Below, piece by piece: positions 39,091 through 50,461 of a stretch of DNA of 64,000 nt. Made by a program: the position numbers and the translations under genes. This DNA comes from Leucoraja ocellata. Its lineage: Eukaryota. The notes below the pieces were generated by a model, which worked only from the letters and a program-made list of their open reading frames with translations, ran no database searches and was not told the DNA's origin. Numbering within the stretch: the first letter of the stretch is position 1; each line of letters begins with the position of its first letter. Location of the stretch: the NCBI GenBank assembly GCA_036785375.1, contig JAWMAR010000277.1, positions 1,612,001 through 1,676,000 on the forward strand. The letters run 5' to 3'.

Positions 39091-39590
39091 TACATATCAG
39101 TTGCCTTCTGCAGGACATTTCAGTAATGGTGATTCATCTGTAGCAAATGTTGTGTGTGTGATTTTCCCCTCTATCAAGCTGGCATCAGTGACATCTTTGC
39201 CCATTGACCTGGGTGCAGTGTGACTGCTCCGCACCATATCACAGGTAGTTTCCATCTGCAATCTAACAGCGTCAACATCTAGCTAGAGTGTGCAAGTGTG
39301 AAACCAAATGATAGTTTGCTTTAAGCATCACTGGCTTCCTAATGTTCCTCCACTGCCTGTCAAGATTGTCATTCATCAATATCCTAAAGGAAAGAGGCAC
39401 ATAAATAAGGTTGAAGTGAAGGGGAATTGAAAATAATGTGCTTTCTGACACTAGCTAAAGATTGTAAGTCACAACAGATTGTGAGACACTGATGTGAAAA
39501 GGAGGTTTAAGTATGATGATATCTTTAATCATTTCAGACTGGCTGTTTGCCATGCATTCAACGAGGACCACTTGAGTAATAGTTTTTCTT

Positions 39591-39825
39591 GTGTAGGAAG
39601 GAACTGCAGTTGCTGGTTTACACTGAAGATAGACACAAAATGCTGGAGTAACTCAGCGGGACAGGGAGCATCTCAGGAGAGAAGGAATGGGTGACGTTTC
39701 AGGTTGAGACCCTTCTTCAGACAAATCAGTCTGGAGAATGGTCTTGACCCGAAACATCATCCATTCCTTCTCTCTAGAGATGCTGCCTGTCCCGCTGAGT
39801 TAGTCCAGCATTTTGTGTCTATTAG
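39591..39825. mobile_element. Penelope-like terminal repeat, fold-back insertion
   Basis: Opposed copies around about 39725; 11-bp TSD TAGTTTTTCTT at 39580-39590 and 39826-39836. Confidence 0.85.
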
Positions 39826-40409
39826 TAGTTTTTCTTCCTAGAAACCTTCACTGTGCACCATTTGTTTGTAGGGAAGGAGAAGAGTAAAATTGTGTTAGTC
39901 CTTGGGGGTTGTGGTTATCGAGGTTAAATAACAGGGAGTATGTAAAAGCTGTGAGATATAGGTATAAGGTATGCAACAGTATTAAGTGGACCAATATTCA
40001 GTGACACATGTGCTTGTTAGGTTTTGATTAAGTCCCATCTGGATTGACCAACTCAGCATGGATTATGAGGGTGTGATGATTTGAGAAGTTGACAATGCAT
40101 TTTGTCTTCACATATCTTTAAACCAAAAGTATTTTGAAAAGGAAAAGTTTAACATAACTGCCAATTAAATCAGTGGATAAAATCCAAGTAACGTATGCAA
40201 AACAATCTGTGTTTTGGGTGGTCGACATTGCATTTGGTAAAGTAACATTTGACTAAACCTTTAATCATTTGTGAAGCTGTTGAATTTCTTGTGCTGTATT
40301 CATGTCCTTAGAGGCCAAATGCTAAGAATGAATCTTTGCAACTATTTGCTTCCACTGTCCTTTCAGTGTGTCTGCCGTCTATGCACCCTATGGTAACAGG
40401 GCATCTCTA

Positions 40410-40602
40410 AATTCAACTTACTTTAGCAGCACCTTCCGGAGAGAAGGAATGGATGACGTTTTGGTTCGTGATTCTTTTTCAGACCCAACCCAAAACGTCA
40501 CCCATTCCTTCTTTCCAGAGATGCTGCCTGTCCTGCTGATTTACTCCAGCATTTTGTGTCTGTCGTCAGTGTATATCAGCATCTGCAGTTACTTCCTGCA
40601 CA
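40410..40602. mobile_element. Penelope-like terminal repeat, degenerate inverted pair
   Basis: ggagagaaggaatggatgacgtttt...ccaaaacgtcacccattccttc...cagcatctgcagtt. Confidence 0.65.
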
Positions 40603-40613
40603 GTTAACACTAA

Positions 40614-40839
40614 TGCCCCTGTCCCACTTAGGAAATCTGAACGGAAACCTCTGGAGACTTTGTGCCCCACTCAAGGTTTCCGTGCAGTTCCCTGAGGTTT
40701 TTGTCCGTCTCCCTACCTGCTTCCACTACCTGCAACCTCCGGCAACCACCTGCAACCTCCGGGAACCGCACGGAAACCTTGGGCGGGGCGCAAAGTCTCC
40801 AGAGGTTTCCGTTCAGGTTTCCTAAGTGGGACAGAGGCA
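40614..40839. mobile_element. PIF/Harbinger-like palindromic MITE
   Basis: TAA|TGCCCCTGTCCCACTTAGGAAA...TTTCCTAAGTGGGACAGAGGCA|TAA; inverted arms of about 80 bp. Confidence 0.88.
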
Positions 40840-41897
40840 TAACTGCACAGTGAAGCCATGTTAATGAACAGGCAGCCTGCAATGCAGTGATTACTTTCTG
40901 CATAATCACATAATGGTTTTCTGAGCTTTCCACCTTAGAATTGTTTTTTTTTTCTTTTTAAAATAACAATTTCATTGACTTTTGTTTTCTCATGAAGTGT
41001 TCGTAGAATGGCCAAGAATTATTTCACCCTCTTGAGCATGGTGTTGTAAAGACCACCTCATATTTATTTCTGTGCACTGGAGTAGACTTTTCTTTTGTAT
41101 TCTTGAGCACAAACACATACACATTAAAAATATGACGCACCTTAATTTCCCTGTTAATGAACACTGTAGTTTCAATAATAGCATGTGCCTGTGAAAATTA
41201 ATGATCAATGATTGACAAGGCATTGGACATTAATTCATACCTATGCTGGTAAATGGATAGTGCTATGTATTAGTTTGGTTTAGCGATACATTATTTTCTC
41301 TCGCCTCTCTGACCACTTGCAATAACTCCAATGACTACCCCATCGTTTAATGTGTAATCAAATCTAAACAGGTTTCTTGTTTTAAGCTCATAGCAAAGTA
41401 AACGGTGCATGAAAAATTAGAATTAAAAAATATAAAGCCAGGCCATCAAATTTGAAAAGAGCCAGTGCTGATGGTTGGCCTGGGTTTCAACACCCACATG
41501 TGGCAGGGGGAACGATGGCCCATAAGGAGTTCCATTGTGAAGTCCTGAGAAAAAATGTGTTGCATTAGAAATTTAAACCACGTAAATGTACTCTTAATGG
41601 TGTCAACATTAGATAATGGTTTATCCATATTCAGATTGCTGGCTGTGAGGTCATCAACTGTGGGAGTGCTAATAAATTTTATGTATTATGAATATGATAA
41701 TTTTCCACTGCACAGTGTATTAATTTTGGATGTGCAAAGTTACACTTTTTCGATTTCCTTAAAATGTGCAAGGAGTGAAACCATCTTGATTTTGGAGAAG
41801 TTAATATTATCTTCAGAAATTGTTAGTTTTAATAGAACAGATTTTACATTAAATTGCAGTACATTGAATGTTTTTTTTTCATTTTATTAAACCCTAG

Positions 41898-41986
41898 TGC
41901 ACTCGTCAGTGGAACCAGGATGGCTACAAGGAACATATGAAGGCAAAACGGGGCTAATCCCTGCAAATTACATAGTCTTTCTTTGA
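41898..41986 (+). CDS. ARHGAP42: ARHGAP42-like last coding exon (SH3 C-half, stop)
   Basis: ctAG; [31 protein letters not shown] followed by TAA. The 12 exons sum to 1481 nt = 2 nt + 493 codons including the stop. Confidence 0.95.
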
Positions 41987-43600
41987 TAACTGCTGGCAAG
42001 ACTACAAAATCTCCATGGCATCCATGGTGAACAGTGTTAAAATCTGAGAATGCAATATAGTAACACAGCTCTATATCTGTCAAACAGTCGAGGGCAATGG
42101 ACTGTTTGCCCTACTGAATATATGCCTTTATATGGTGTAAAGTAAAGGAATGTGGTATCCATCAATAAATGTTTGCTTAAACAAAAACACTAATCACATC
42201 AGCCATTGTTATTGACAAATATTCATCTTGTAGCATTGGAAATGGAAAAAGAGACAAATTTTAGTGTATATATCCATAGGTATACACATATATATTTTAT
42301 ACGCTGTAACATTTGTATTGCAAGGCTCCATGTTTGGAAAACCAAAGCTAATATGAGCTATAATGCAATTTTTATCTTGATGTTAATTTTTTTATATATA
42401 TAATTGGTTGAAAGATGTTACTTTAGATGGATAAAGAAGAAATTTATATGTTGATTTATTATAGCATCACAAATTATACATTTATTTACAGTCTTATTTG
42501 AACTAGCTGCAGTGTTTTTCTTTAAGGCAAATTTTTGCTGTTTTTTCAGCTTAAAATCCTTCAACATAATTTTAATCAATTAACTTAATTGCTCATTTTG
42601 TAAACTAAATTTTATGGACATGCAACTCTCCCTGACCAGTTTTTGTATTAGAATTAGAGGACTGATGGTCACCGATGTTTCATGTCTTTTAAGGAAAATA
42701 ACTCAAGACGAGATGGGTATTTTCCTGAGATTCAAAAATACTTATGCTCAAAGACGTCTTCAGCTTTATTAAAATTGGTAACTGACGGTAGTTTTTTTAC
42801 TTTAATGTACAAGTAATAAAACATCAATTTATTATTTACTAATGTAAATGTAAAATAGATGAAGAAGGATTGTATATTTAACATATTTTGTTGATGAACT
42901 ACTTATGATCTCCAAATACTTAAGTACCCATACATTTCTTGAGCATTCAGTCTTGGATTATAAGTGATTGCTTTTAAACTTCTCAGAGCACGTTCAATAT
43001 TCATAAGACTAACCATTTATTATGATCTGATTGTTGTTTATAAGGAAGTTACCTATTTATCACACCAGTTTCTCCTGTCAAAATATTTTTGATTATGCTT
43101 TAAGATATGTTCACAGCTTCTGAAGTTGTTTTGTTTTAGCAACTTAAATTTGAAATTGAATTTCTTGTGGGAAATTACAAGATGTTATTACTTTTAAGTG
43201 AAAGAGGCAGAATGGTGCCAGCATTGAGGAACACAAAAATCGCACTTTTGTAACTATTTTTTTCCCAATACACTGGTGTATTGGTGACCTATTTGAATGT
43301 TGGTTTTCTTTCTTAGATATATATAACATTCAGTGATAACATTCATACTTTAAAGTGTATATTGTCAAATATTTTGTTTTAGTGTATTTAATAATTATTC
43401 AAAAAAACTGTCACCATATGTATAATGTGTTCAACTGAAATGTTTTCTGATCATTCAGATTTGTATAAAATTACATGATTATACGTGTGGCTTAGCATAT
43501 CATTTATACTGCTGTTTGAATATACTTGTAGTGGATTGCAACATATAAATCATTGTAAGACATGGTAAGGAACCGAATAGTGGAAACATGAATTTGAATT
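41987..43600 (+). other. Probable 3' UTR of the ARHGAP42-like gene (end approximate)
   Basis: AT-rich stretch after the stop with no repeat I recognise; AATAAA at 42164-42169 and 42815-42820; multiple ATTTA. Confidence 0.55.
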
Positions 43601-43880
43601 TGATAGTCAACAGATTGTGGGGTTTTAATATAATTCCCGGAGCAAACTAGTGTCTGCTGTGATCACAAAGGGTATTTCCTATGGCAGTTTCTGTGGTAGG
43701 TACACCAGGGCACAGGTGCTACTGGCACTGTAGAGCTGTGGGTAAATGGGGAGAGGGAGATTAAGGAGAATATCATGGCAGCAATCCAGGATGACATTAT
43801 AGATGATTCACCCAGTAAAGCTATATGATGAAACTGATAAATAAAAAGGGAACAATCACCTAGCTGGATTTGATCTGTGA

Positions 43881-44112
43881 CAAAGGTTACCAACCTTGGG
43901 TAAATTTACCCCCAGGGGGTAAATTTTGCTTAACCAGGGGGTAAATTTGTTGATTCTGGATTTGTACATATTTTTTCTCATTGATTGACTGTTTGGTTCT
44001 GGTACACCGGTATCTGTTCTTCATTAGTTGTTCATAAATAAGTGAAATAACATTTTTATGTGTTATTAAAGTTGCCAGGGGTAAACAGGGTGAAAAAGGT
44101 TGGGAACCCCTG
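43881..44112. mobile_element. hAT (Charlie-like) MITE
   Basis: Imperfect TIRs CAAAGGTTACCAACCTT/AAGGTTGGGAACCCCTG; 8-bp flanks ATCTGTGA and ATCTATGG; GGGGTAAA subterminal repeats. Confidence 0.7.
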
Positions 44113-44194
44113 ATCTATGGGCTCCCAAATAGTCAAAGGGAATTAGAGAAACAAATATGCCGGGAGATTGAAGACTAATAGTGTTGTCACAGTA

Positions 44195-44492
44195 GGGCAG
44201 CACGGTGGCATAGCAGTACAGCTATTGCCTTAAGCGCCAGAGACCCGGCCTCACTCCACGACTCCGTGACCTTCCCCTCCGTGACCTGCGTGTTTTTTCT
44301 CCGAGGTCTCTGGTTACCTCTCACATTCCAAAGACGTACAGGTTTGCAGATTAATTGGCTTGGTATCAAATTTAAATGTTGTCCATAGTGTGTGTAGGAT
44401 AGTGTTAATGTGCGGGGATCGTCGGTTAGTGCTGACTCGATGGGCCAAAAGGCCTGTTTCCGCACCGTATCTCTAACCAAAACTAAACTAAA
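44195..44492 (+). mobile_element. HE1-like V-SINE
   Basis: ggcagcacggtggcatagc head, V-domain, (CTAAA)n tail. Confidence 0.8.
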
Positions 44493-45176
44493 GTAGAGGA
44501 TTTTAACTTTCCCAATATATACTGGGACTGCCATAGTGCCAAAGGCTTAGATGGGGTAGAATTTGCCAAAGGTGTTCAGGAAAGTTTTCTCAGGCAATAG
44601 GTGGAAGGCCCTACAAGGGACAGGACAAAACTTCACCTACTTAAGGTATCATTAAGGGGTGGAGGGGGGCACACTTGGGACCAACGACCACAGCTCCATT
44701 TTCTTCAAAATGGGTACTAATAGGCAGGGCTCGTCCATGTTAATATTCTAAATTGGAGAAGACCAACTGTGATGGTATTAGACAGAAACTTGCAAAAGTT
44801 GATTGGAGAAGTGGGATAGTTTTAAAAGTGAGGTGGTGAAAATTCAAGGTGTGCAGGTAAAGGGCAAGGAACCCTGGATGGCAAGAGTAATTGAGGCTCT
44901 TGTCAGGAAAAAGGAGGCATGGGTCAGGTAACAGACAGGTGGAAATAATTGTATCCCTGGCATAGCGCCGGGGATTGAGGACTTTTAAGAAGGAAATCAA
45001 GGGGACTGAGGGGAGGAATGAAGTAGCTCTAACTGATAAAATTAAGGAGAATCCAAAGAGATTTGATTGATTGATACTTTATTATCACGTGTGACATGTC
45101 ACAATTAAATTATTTGTTTTTGCATACACAAGGTATGCATAGAGCCACCATGTGTAGGGCGTCGACATATTTAATA

Positions 45177-45750
45177 TCTATATTACTAAAAGTCTGATCT
45201 TGACCGTTTATAGCTCACTGTGCTGCGATTTCTGAGAGAACGCCGTGACCTATGGCCGTCATTTTTAGCCACCTCGTTCAGGGCCCCCCTCCGCCTTCCA
45301 GGACCAGAGGATTTTTACCATCGATGAAAAATCAGAGAGATATTAATGTTTTAAAAATATTAGCCATTCTGTCTGCTGCCCCTGCTGGAGGGAGGGGGAG
45401 GGACTATGAAAACCAGGAAGTGCTGTGCCTCATTCAGTCTCTGCAAGATGGAGGAAGCCAGAGGGTCATGTCTCTCTGAGCTCTGAATAACTGAACACAT
45501 GTCTTCTCAACTGTGAGTGCCCTTAATGTGGGTTGAAAATGAAAATATGGTTGGTTTGAAGTAAAAATGCACTGCAAATGGTTGTTTGGGTTGAAGTAAA
45601 AATGCACTGCAAATGGTTTTTTGGGTTGAAGTAAAAATGCACTGCAAATGGTTGTTTGGGTTGAAGTAATTGGTGGAGAGGTGGAATATTGCATTGGGGG
45701 TTCAGCCCTCCCGTGTGAACATGGGACCCAACGGGTCCCACTTAGTCTAG
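45177..45750 (+). mobile_element. Non-autonomous Helitron
   Basis: A|TC...CTAG|T termini, no TSD; 3' hairpin TGGGACCC-AAC-GGGTCCCA at 45722-45740; internal 35-bp tandem repeat. Confidence 0.85.
45548..45668. repeat. 35-bp tandem repeat (about 3.4 units) inside the Helitron
   Basis: GAAGTAA core at 45558, 45593, 45628 and 45663. Confidence 0.9.
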
Positions 45751-46542
45751 TTTATTATAGTCCCAATGGTCTCTCTGTTCTCGATGAGTTACTCCAGCAT
45801 TTTTGGTGTAAGCTGCCATATGCAGTTCCTACACACATTGATTAGGGATAGACATCATAGTTTTGTGCATGTCTCCCAAATTTGATTGTTTTTTGTATTA
45901 ACCAAGAATATTGCTAAGGGCATGGTGATAGATATAGACTATATGGATTTCTTTTACCATGTTCTGCATAATAGGCTGCTCTGGTAGTGAGATCACATGG
46001 AATCCAGGGAGAGCTAGCTAACTGATGCAGAATTAGCTTCATGGTAGAAGTTGTTTCTCGGACTGGAGGCCTGTGACCAGTTCTCTGCCTCGAGGATGTT
46101 GCTGGGCCCATTACTGTTTGTCAGCTATATCAGCTATTTAGGTGAGAATATACATGACATGATTAGTAAGTTTGAAGATGACTCTAAAATGGTTGGTAAC
46201 GCAGACAGTGAGTGAGCGGCCTAGTGAGGGAAGTGCCCTGTGAGAAAAGTGTGAGTCTTTGGCTCGAGAGTCTTCAGAGAGGAGGCTGAGGAGAGGAGAC
46301 CACGCAATACGCTTGAGAGGCTAAGGTTTCTGGGAGAGGCAAAGAGGTTTGCCACGCACTGCAAGGGAGCAGTGGGCCAGACAGGAAGAGCGGACGGAAT
46401 TACCACTAGACAGCCAACCCAGTAGGTAATTTACGGCTGGGGTGAGTACTTTCCCATTTATAGGAGGTAGGATTATATAAATAAGGGGTGTATCAATACA
46501 GTAGGGGATTCTTAAATAGGACCAGTTAATTACTTATATAAG

Positions 46543-47496
46543 ATGGGCGGTCAGGAGATGTGCCAATACTGCGAGATGTGGGAATTTGTCGACACCATTG
46601 ATGTAGAAGATCCCTACAGCTGCAGTAAGTGTTTGAGGCTAGAGGAACTCCAGCTCCGCATTGATGAGCTGGAGACCCAACTTCATACGCTGCGGTACAT
46701 CAGGGAGGGGGAGTATTACCTGGATGTTTTGTGCCAGGGGATGGTCACACCGACCAGTTTAACTAATTCAGTAGGCAGTGAGCAAGGAAAGGAAGGTGTG
46801 GCCATAAGCGAGGCAGGTAGGGGGAACCAGGAGGAGATGCGGCAGGAGCCACAGCCCTTGTCCCTGACGAGCATGACCGAGGCTCTTACTCAATGTAAGG
46901 ACGGGATCAGGGGCTGTGGGAGGGATGAGCAACCTGGCTGCAGCACCATGGATCAGGAGGCCATTCAAGAGGGGGGAGTTAGAAGAAATGCCGTAGTGAT
47001 AGGGGATAGTATTATTCGGGGGGTAGATAGGGTTCTCTGCGGCCAGCAGAACATGTCCCGAAGGCTGTGTTGCCTACCCGGTGCTAGGGTTAAGGATATC
47101 TCTGCGATGCTGGAGAGAAATTTGCAGTGGGAGGGGGAGGATCCAGTGGTCGTGGTCCATGTGGGGACCAATGACATAGGAAGGACAAGGAAGGAGGATC
47201 TGCTGAAGGAGTTTGAGCAGTTAGGGAATAAATTAAAAAGCAGAACCTCGAGGGTACTGATCTCCGGATTGCTACCTGAGCCACGGGCCAAATCGGCGAG
47301 GATACGTAAAATTAAGAAGCTAAATGCGTGGCTCAAAGACTGGTGTGGGAATAATGGGTTTGGTTTCTTGGGCCACTGGCACCAGTACTGGGACAGGGGG
47401 GATCTGTTCTGTAAGGACGGACTTCACCTGAACGGTGCTGGGACTGGGGTCCTGGCAAATCATATAACTAGGGCAGTAGAGAGGTCTTTAAACTAA
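46543..47496 (+). CDS. CR1 ORF1: zinc finger/leucine zipper plus SGNH esterase
   Basis: CQYC...CSKC then heptad leucines; GDSII, LPGA, HVGTND and DGLHLN SGNH blocks; 317 aa intact. Confidence 0.92.
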   Translation: MGGQEMCQYCEMWEFVDTIDVEDPYSCSKCLRLEELQLRIDELETQLHTLRYIREGEYYLDVLCQGMVTPTSLTNSVGSEQGKEGVAISEAGRGNQEEMRQEPQPLSLTSMTEALTQCKDGIRGCGRDEQPGCSTMDQEAIQEGGVRRNAVVIGDSIIRGVDRVLCGQQNMSRRLCCLPGARVKDISAMLERNLQWEGEDPVVVVHVGTNDIGRTRKEDLLKEFEQLGNKLKSRTSRVLISGLLPEPRAKSARIRKIKKLNAWLKDWCGNNGFGFLGHWHQYWDRGDLFCKDGLHLNGAGTGVLANHITRAVERSLN

Positions 47497-47585
47497 GTAG
47501 CGGGGGGGAGGTATCAAGGGGGGTAATAACGGCAGGGGTAGAGGAAATAGAGCAGGGTATCAGTGGGGAAGCGGAAAGTCAAAAT

Positions 47586-50461
47586 GTGACAGGAGACAGA
47601 ATGTGTGAAGATAAAGCTTTAGATGTAAAAGGGGCAAAAACGGAAAGGAAGGGTAGTAAAAATCATCTGAAAGTGCTTTATCTAAATGCACGGAGTATTC
47701 GTAATAAGATAAATGAATTAACGGTGCAATTAAGTATATATAGTTATGATATCGTGGCCATTACGGAGATCAGGACTGGGAGTTAAATATAGAGGGGTAC
47801 TCGACAATTAGGAAAGATAGACAGGAAAGAAAGGGAGGAGGGGTGGCCCTTTTAATAAGGGAGGGAATAACGGCAATAGAAAGGAAGGATATTGCGTTGA
47901 AGGATCAGGATAGTGAAACAGCTTGGGTACAGATAGAGAATAATAAGGGGAAAAAAACACTAGTGGGTGTAATTTATAGACCTCCAAATAGCTGTGACGC
48001 TGTTAGTCAGAACATAAATCTGCAAATAGTTGACGCATGTAAAAAGGGAACTGCTGTAATCATGGGGGACTTCAATTTTCATATTAATTGGGCAAACCAA
48101 ACTGGGCATGGTAGACTAGAGGAAGAGTTTATAGAATGTATTAGAGACGGGTTCCTAGAACAGTATGTCACAGAACCGACAAGGGGGGAGGCAATCTTGG
48201 ATCTGGTCCTGTGTAATGAAGCAGGATTAATTAAAAATGTCATAGTTAGGGACTCGTTGGGAACAAGTGACCACAATATGGTTGAATTCCATATTCAAAT
48301 AGAAGGGGAGCAGGTTGAAACTCAGGCTAGGGTGCTTAGTCTAAATAAGGGGGATTATGAAGGTATGAGGACTGAGCTGATCAAAGTTGACTGGGATAGC
48401 AGACTCAAGAATAAGACGGTACATGAGCAGTGGTGTACGTTTAAGGGTATACTGTATAACCTTCAAGAAAAATTTATTCCTATGAAGAAAAAAAGGGGTA
48501 AGGGTAAGAACAGTCAGCCATGGCTCAGTAAAACTATAAAGGATAGTATTCGGCTGAAGGCAAGGGCATATAAGGTAGCCAGAGATAGTGGGAGGGTAGA
48601 GGATTGGGAAGCATTTAAAGGTCAGCAAAAAATAACTAAGAGATTAATTAAGACGGGGAAAATAGACTATGAAAGGAATTTAGCGAACAACATAAAAACT
48701 AATAGTAAGAGTTTTTATAGCTATATAAAAAGAAAAAGGGTGGCTAAGGTGAACGTTGGTCCATTGGAGGGTGAGACTGGAGAGTTGTTGGTGGGGAACA
48801 TGGAAATGGCAAAGGCATTAAACGAGTATTTTGTATCAGTCTTCACCATAGAAGACACAAAAAATATTCCAACGCTGGATAAACAGGGGGCGGTAGGAAT
48901 GGAGGAGCTAAATACTATTAAGATCACCAAGGAGGTGGTATTAGGGAAATTAATGAGACTGAAGGAGGATAAATCCCCTGGGCCTGATGGATTACATCCA
49001 AGGGTCTTGAGGGAGATAGCGGTGGGGATTGTGGATGCATTGGTGATAATTTTCCAAAACTCCCTGGAGGCAGGAACGGTCCCAGTGGATTGGAAAATGG
49101 CCAATGTAACACCTATATTTAAAAAAGGAAGTAAACAGAAGGCGGGTAACTATAGACCGGTTAGTCTAACATCGGTGGTGGGTAAAATGTTAGAGACAAT
49201 TATTAAAGAAACACTAACGGGGCACTTGGATAAACATGACTTCATCGGACAGAACCAGCATGGTTTTGTGAAGGGGAAGTCCTGTTTAACGAATCTGCTC
49301 GAATTCTTTGAGGAAGTAACAACCCGGGTGGATAAAGGGGAACCAGTGGATGTGGTATACTTGGACTTCCAAAAGGCTTTTGACAAGGTGCCACATAAGA
49401 GACTATTGCTAAAAATAAAAAATTATGGGATTGGGGGTAATATATTAGCATGGGTAGAGGATTGGCTAACAAATAGGAAGCAGAGAGTGGGGATAAATGG
49501 TTCATACTCGGGATGGCAACCGGTAATTAGCGGGGTTCCGCAAGGGTCGGTGCTGGGACCCCAGTTGTTCACAATTTATATAAATGATTTGGAGGAGGGA
49601 ACCAAGTGTAATATATCAAAATTTGCGGACGATACAAAAATGGGAGGAAAAGTAGGGGATGAGGAGGATAGGAAGAGTCTGCAAAAGGATATAGATAAGC
49701 TAGGTGAGTGGGCAACAACTTGGCAGATGAAATTTAATACTAATAAATGTGAAGTCATTCACTTTGGGAAAAAAAATGATAGGGCAAGTTATTTTCTAAA
49801 TGAGGAGGAGCTGCGTTGTAATGCAACGCAAAGGGATCTAGGGGTATTAGTACATGAATCACTGAAAGTTAGTATGCAGGTGCAGCAAGCAATCAGGAAG
49901 GCCAATGGAGTTTTGGCCTTTATTGCTAGGGGGATTGAGTATAAAAACACGGAGGTCTTGCTGCAGCTGTACACAGTATTAGTGAGACCACAGTTGGAAT
50001 ACTGTGTACAGTTCTGGGGTCCATACTTAAGAAAGGATGTACTAGCCCTGGAGGCAGTGCAGCGAAGGTTTACAAGATTAATTCCTGCAATGAGGGGATT
50101 GACATATGAGGAAAGGTTAAGTAGGCTGGAACTCTACTCTTTGGAGTTTAGAAGAATGAGAGGCGATCTCATTGAAACATATAAGATCGTGAGGGGCCTT
50201 GATCGGGTGGATGCACCGAGGATGTTCCCAATGATCGGGGAAACTAGAACTAGGGGACATAGTTGCAGAATAAGGGGGGGCTCTTTTAAAACTGAGATGA
50301 GGAAGAACTTCTTCACCCAGAGGGTGGTTAATTTATGGAATTCACTGCCCCAGGAAGCAGTGGAAGCAGAAACTTTAAATATATTTAAGACTAAAATAGA
50401 TGTTTTTTTAGCTGCCAAGGGGATAAGGGGCTACGGGGAGAGGGCAGGGATATGGACCTAG
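47586..50461 (+). pseudogene. CR1 ORF2 (APE endonuclease plus RT) with one frameshift at about 47770
   Basis: YLNARS..NK, DIVAITE, then frame change to DQDWELNIEGY; [30 protein letters not shown]; 872-aa open frame downstream. Confidence 0.9.

Larger units (their letters stand above)
43700..46210 (+). mobile_element. Old fragmented CR1 LINE hosting several younger insertions; resumes at 50790
   Basis: Degenerate endonuclease-to-RT remnants ending MISKFEDDSKMVGNADSE at 46210, continuing YQKLQRDLDQ at about 50792. Confidence 0.65.

Noticed and set aside
40367-40392. Possible cassette exon (tttcAG...GTAAC) between the two SH3 exons
   Set aside because: 26 nt would shift the frame within SH3, the donor is weak, and there is no similarity to GRAF proteins
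48079-50418. Multiple minus-strand ORFs
   Set aside because: Antisense shadows of CR1 ORF2
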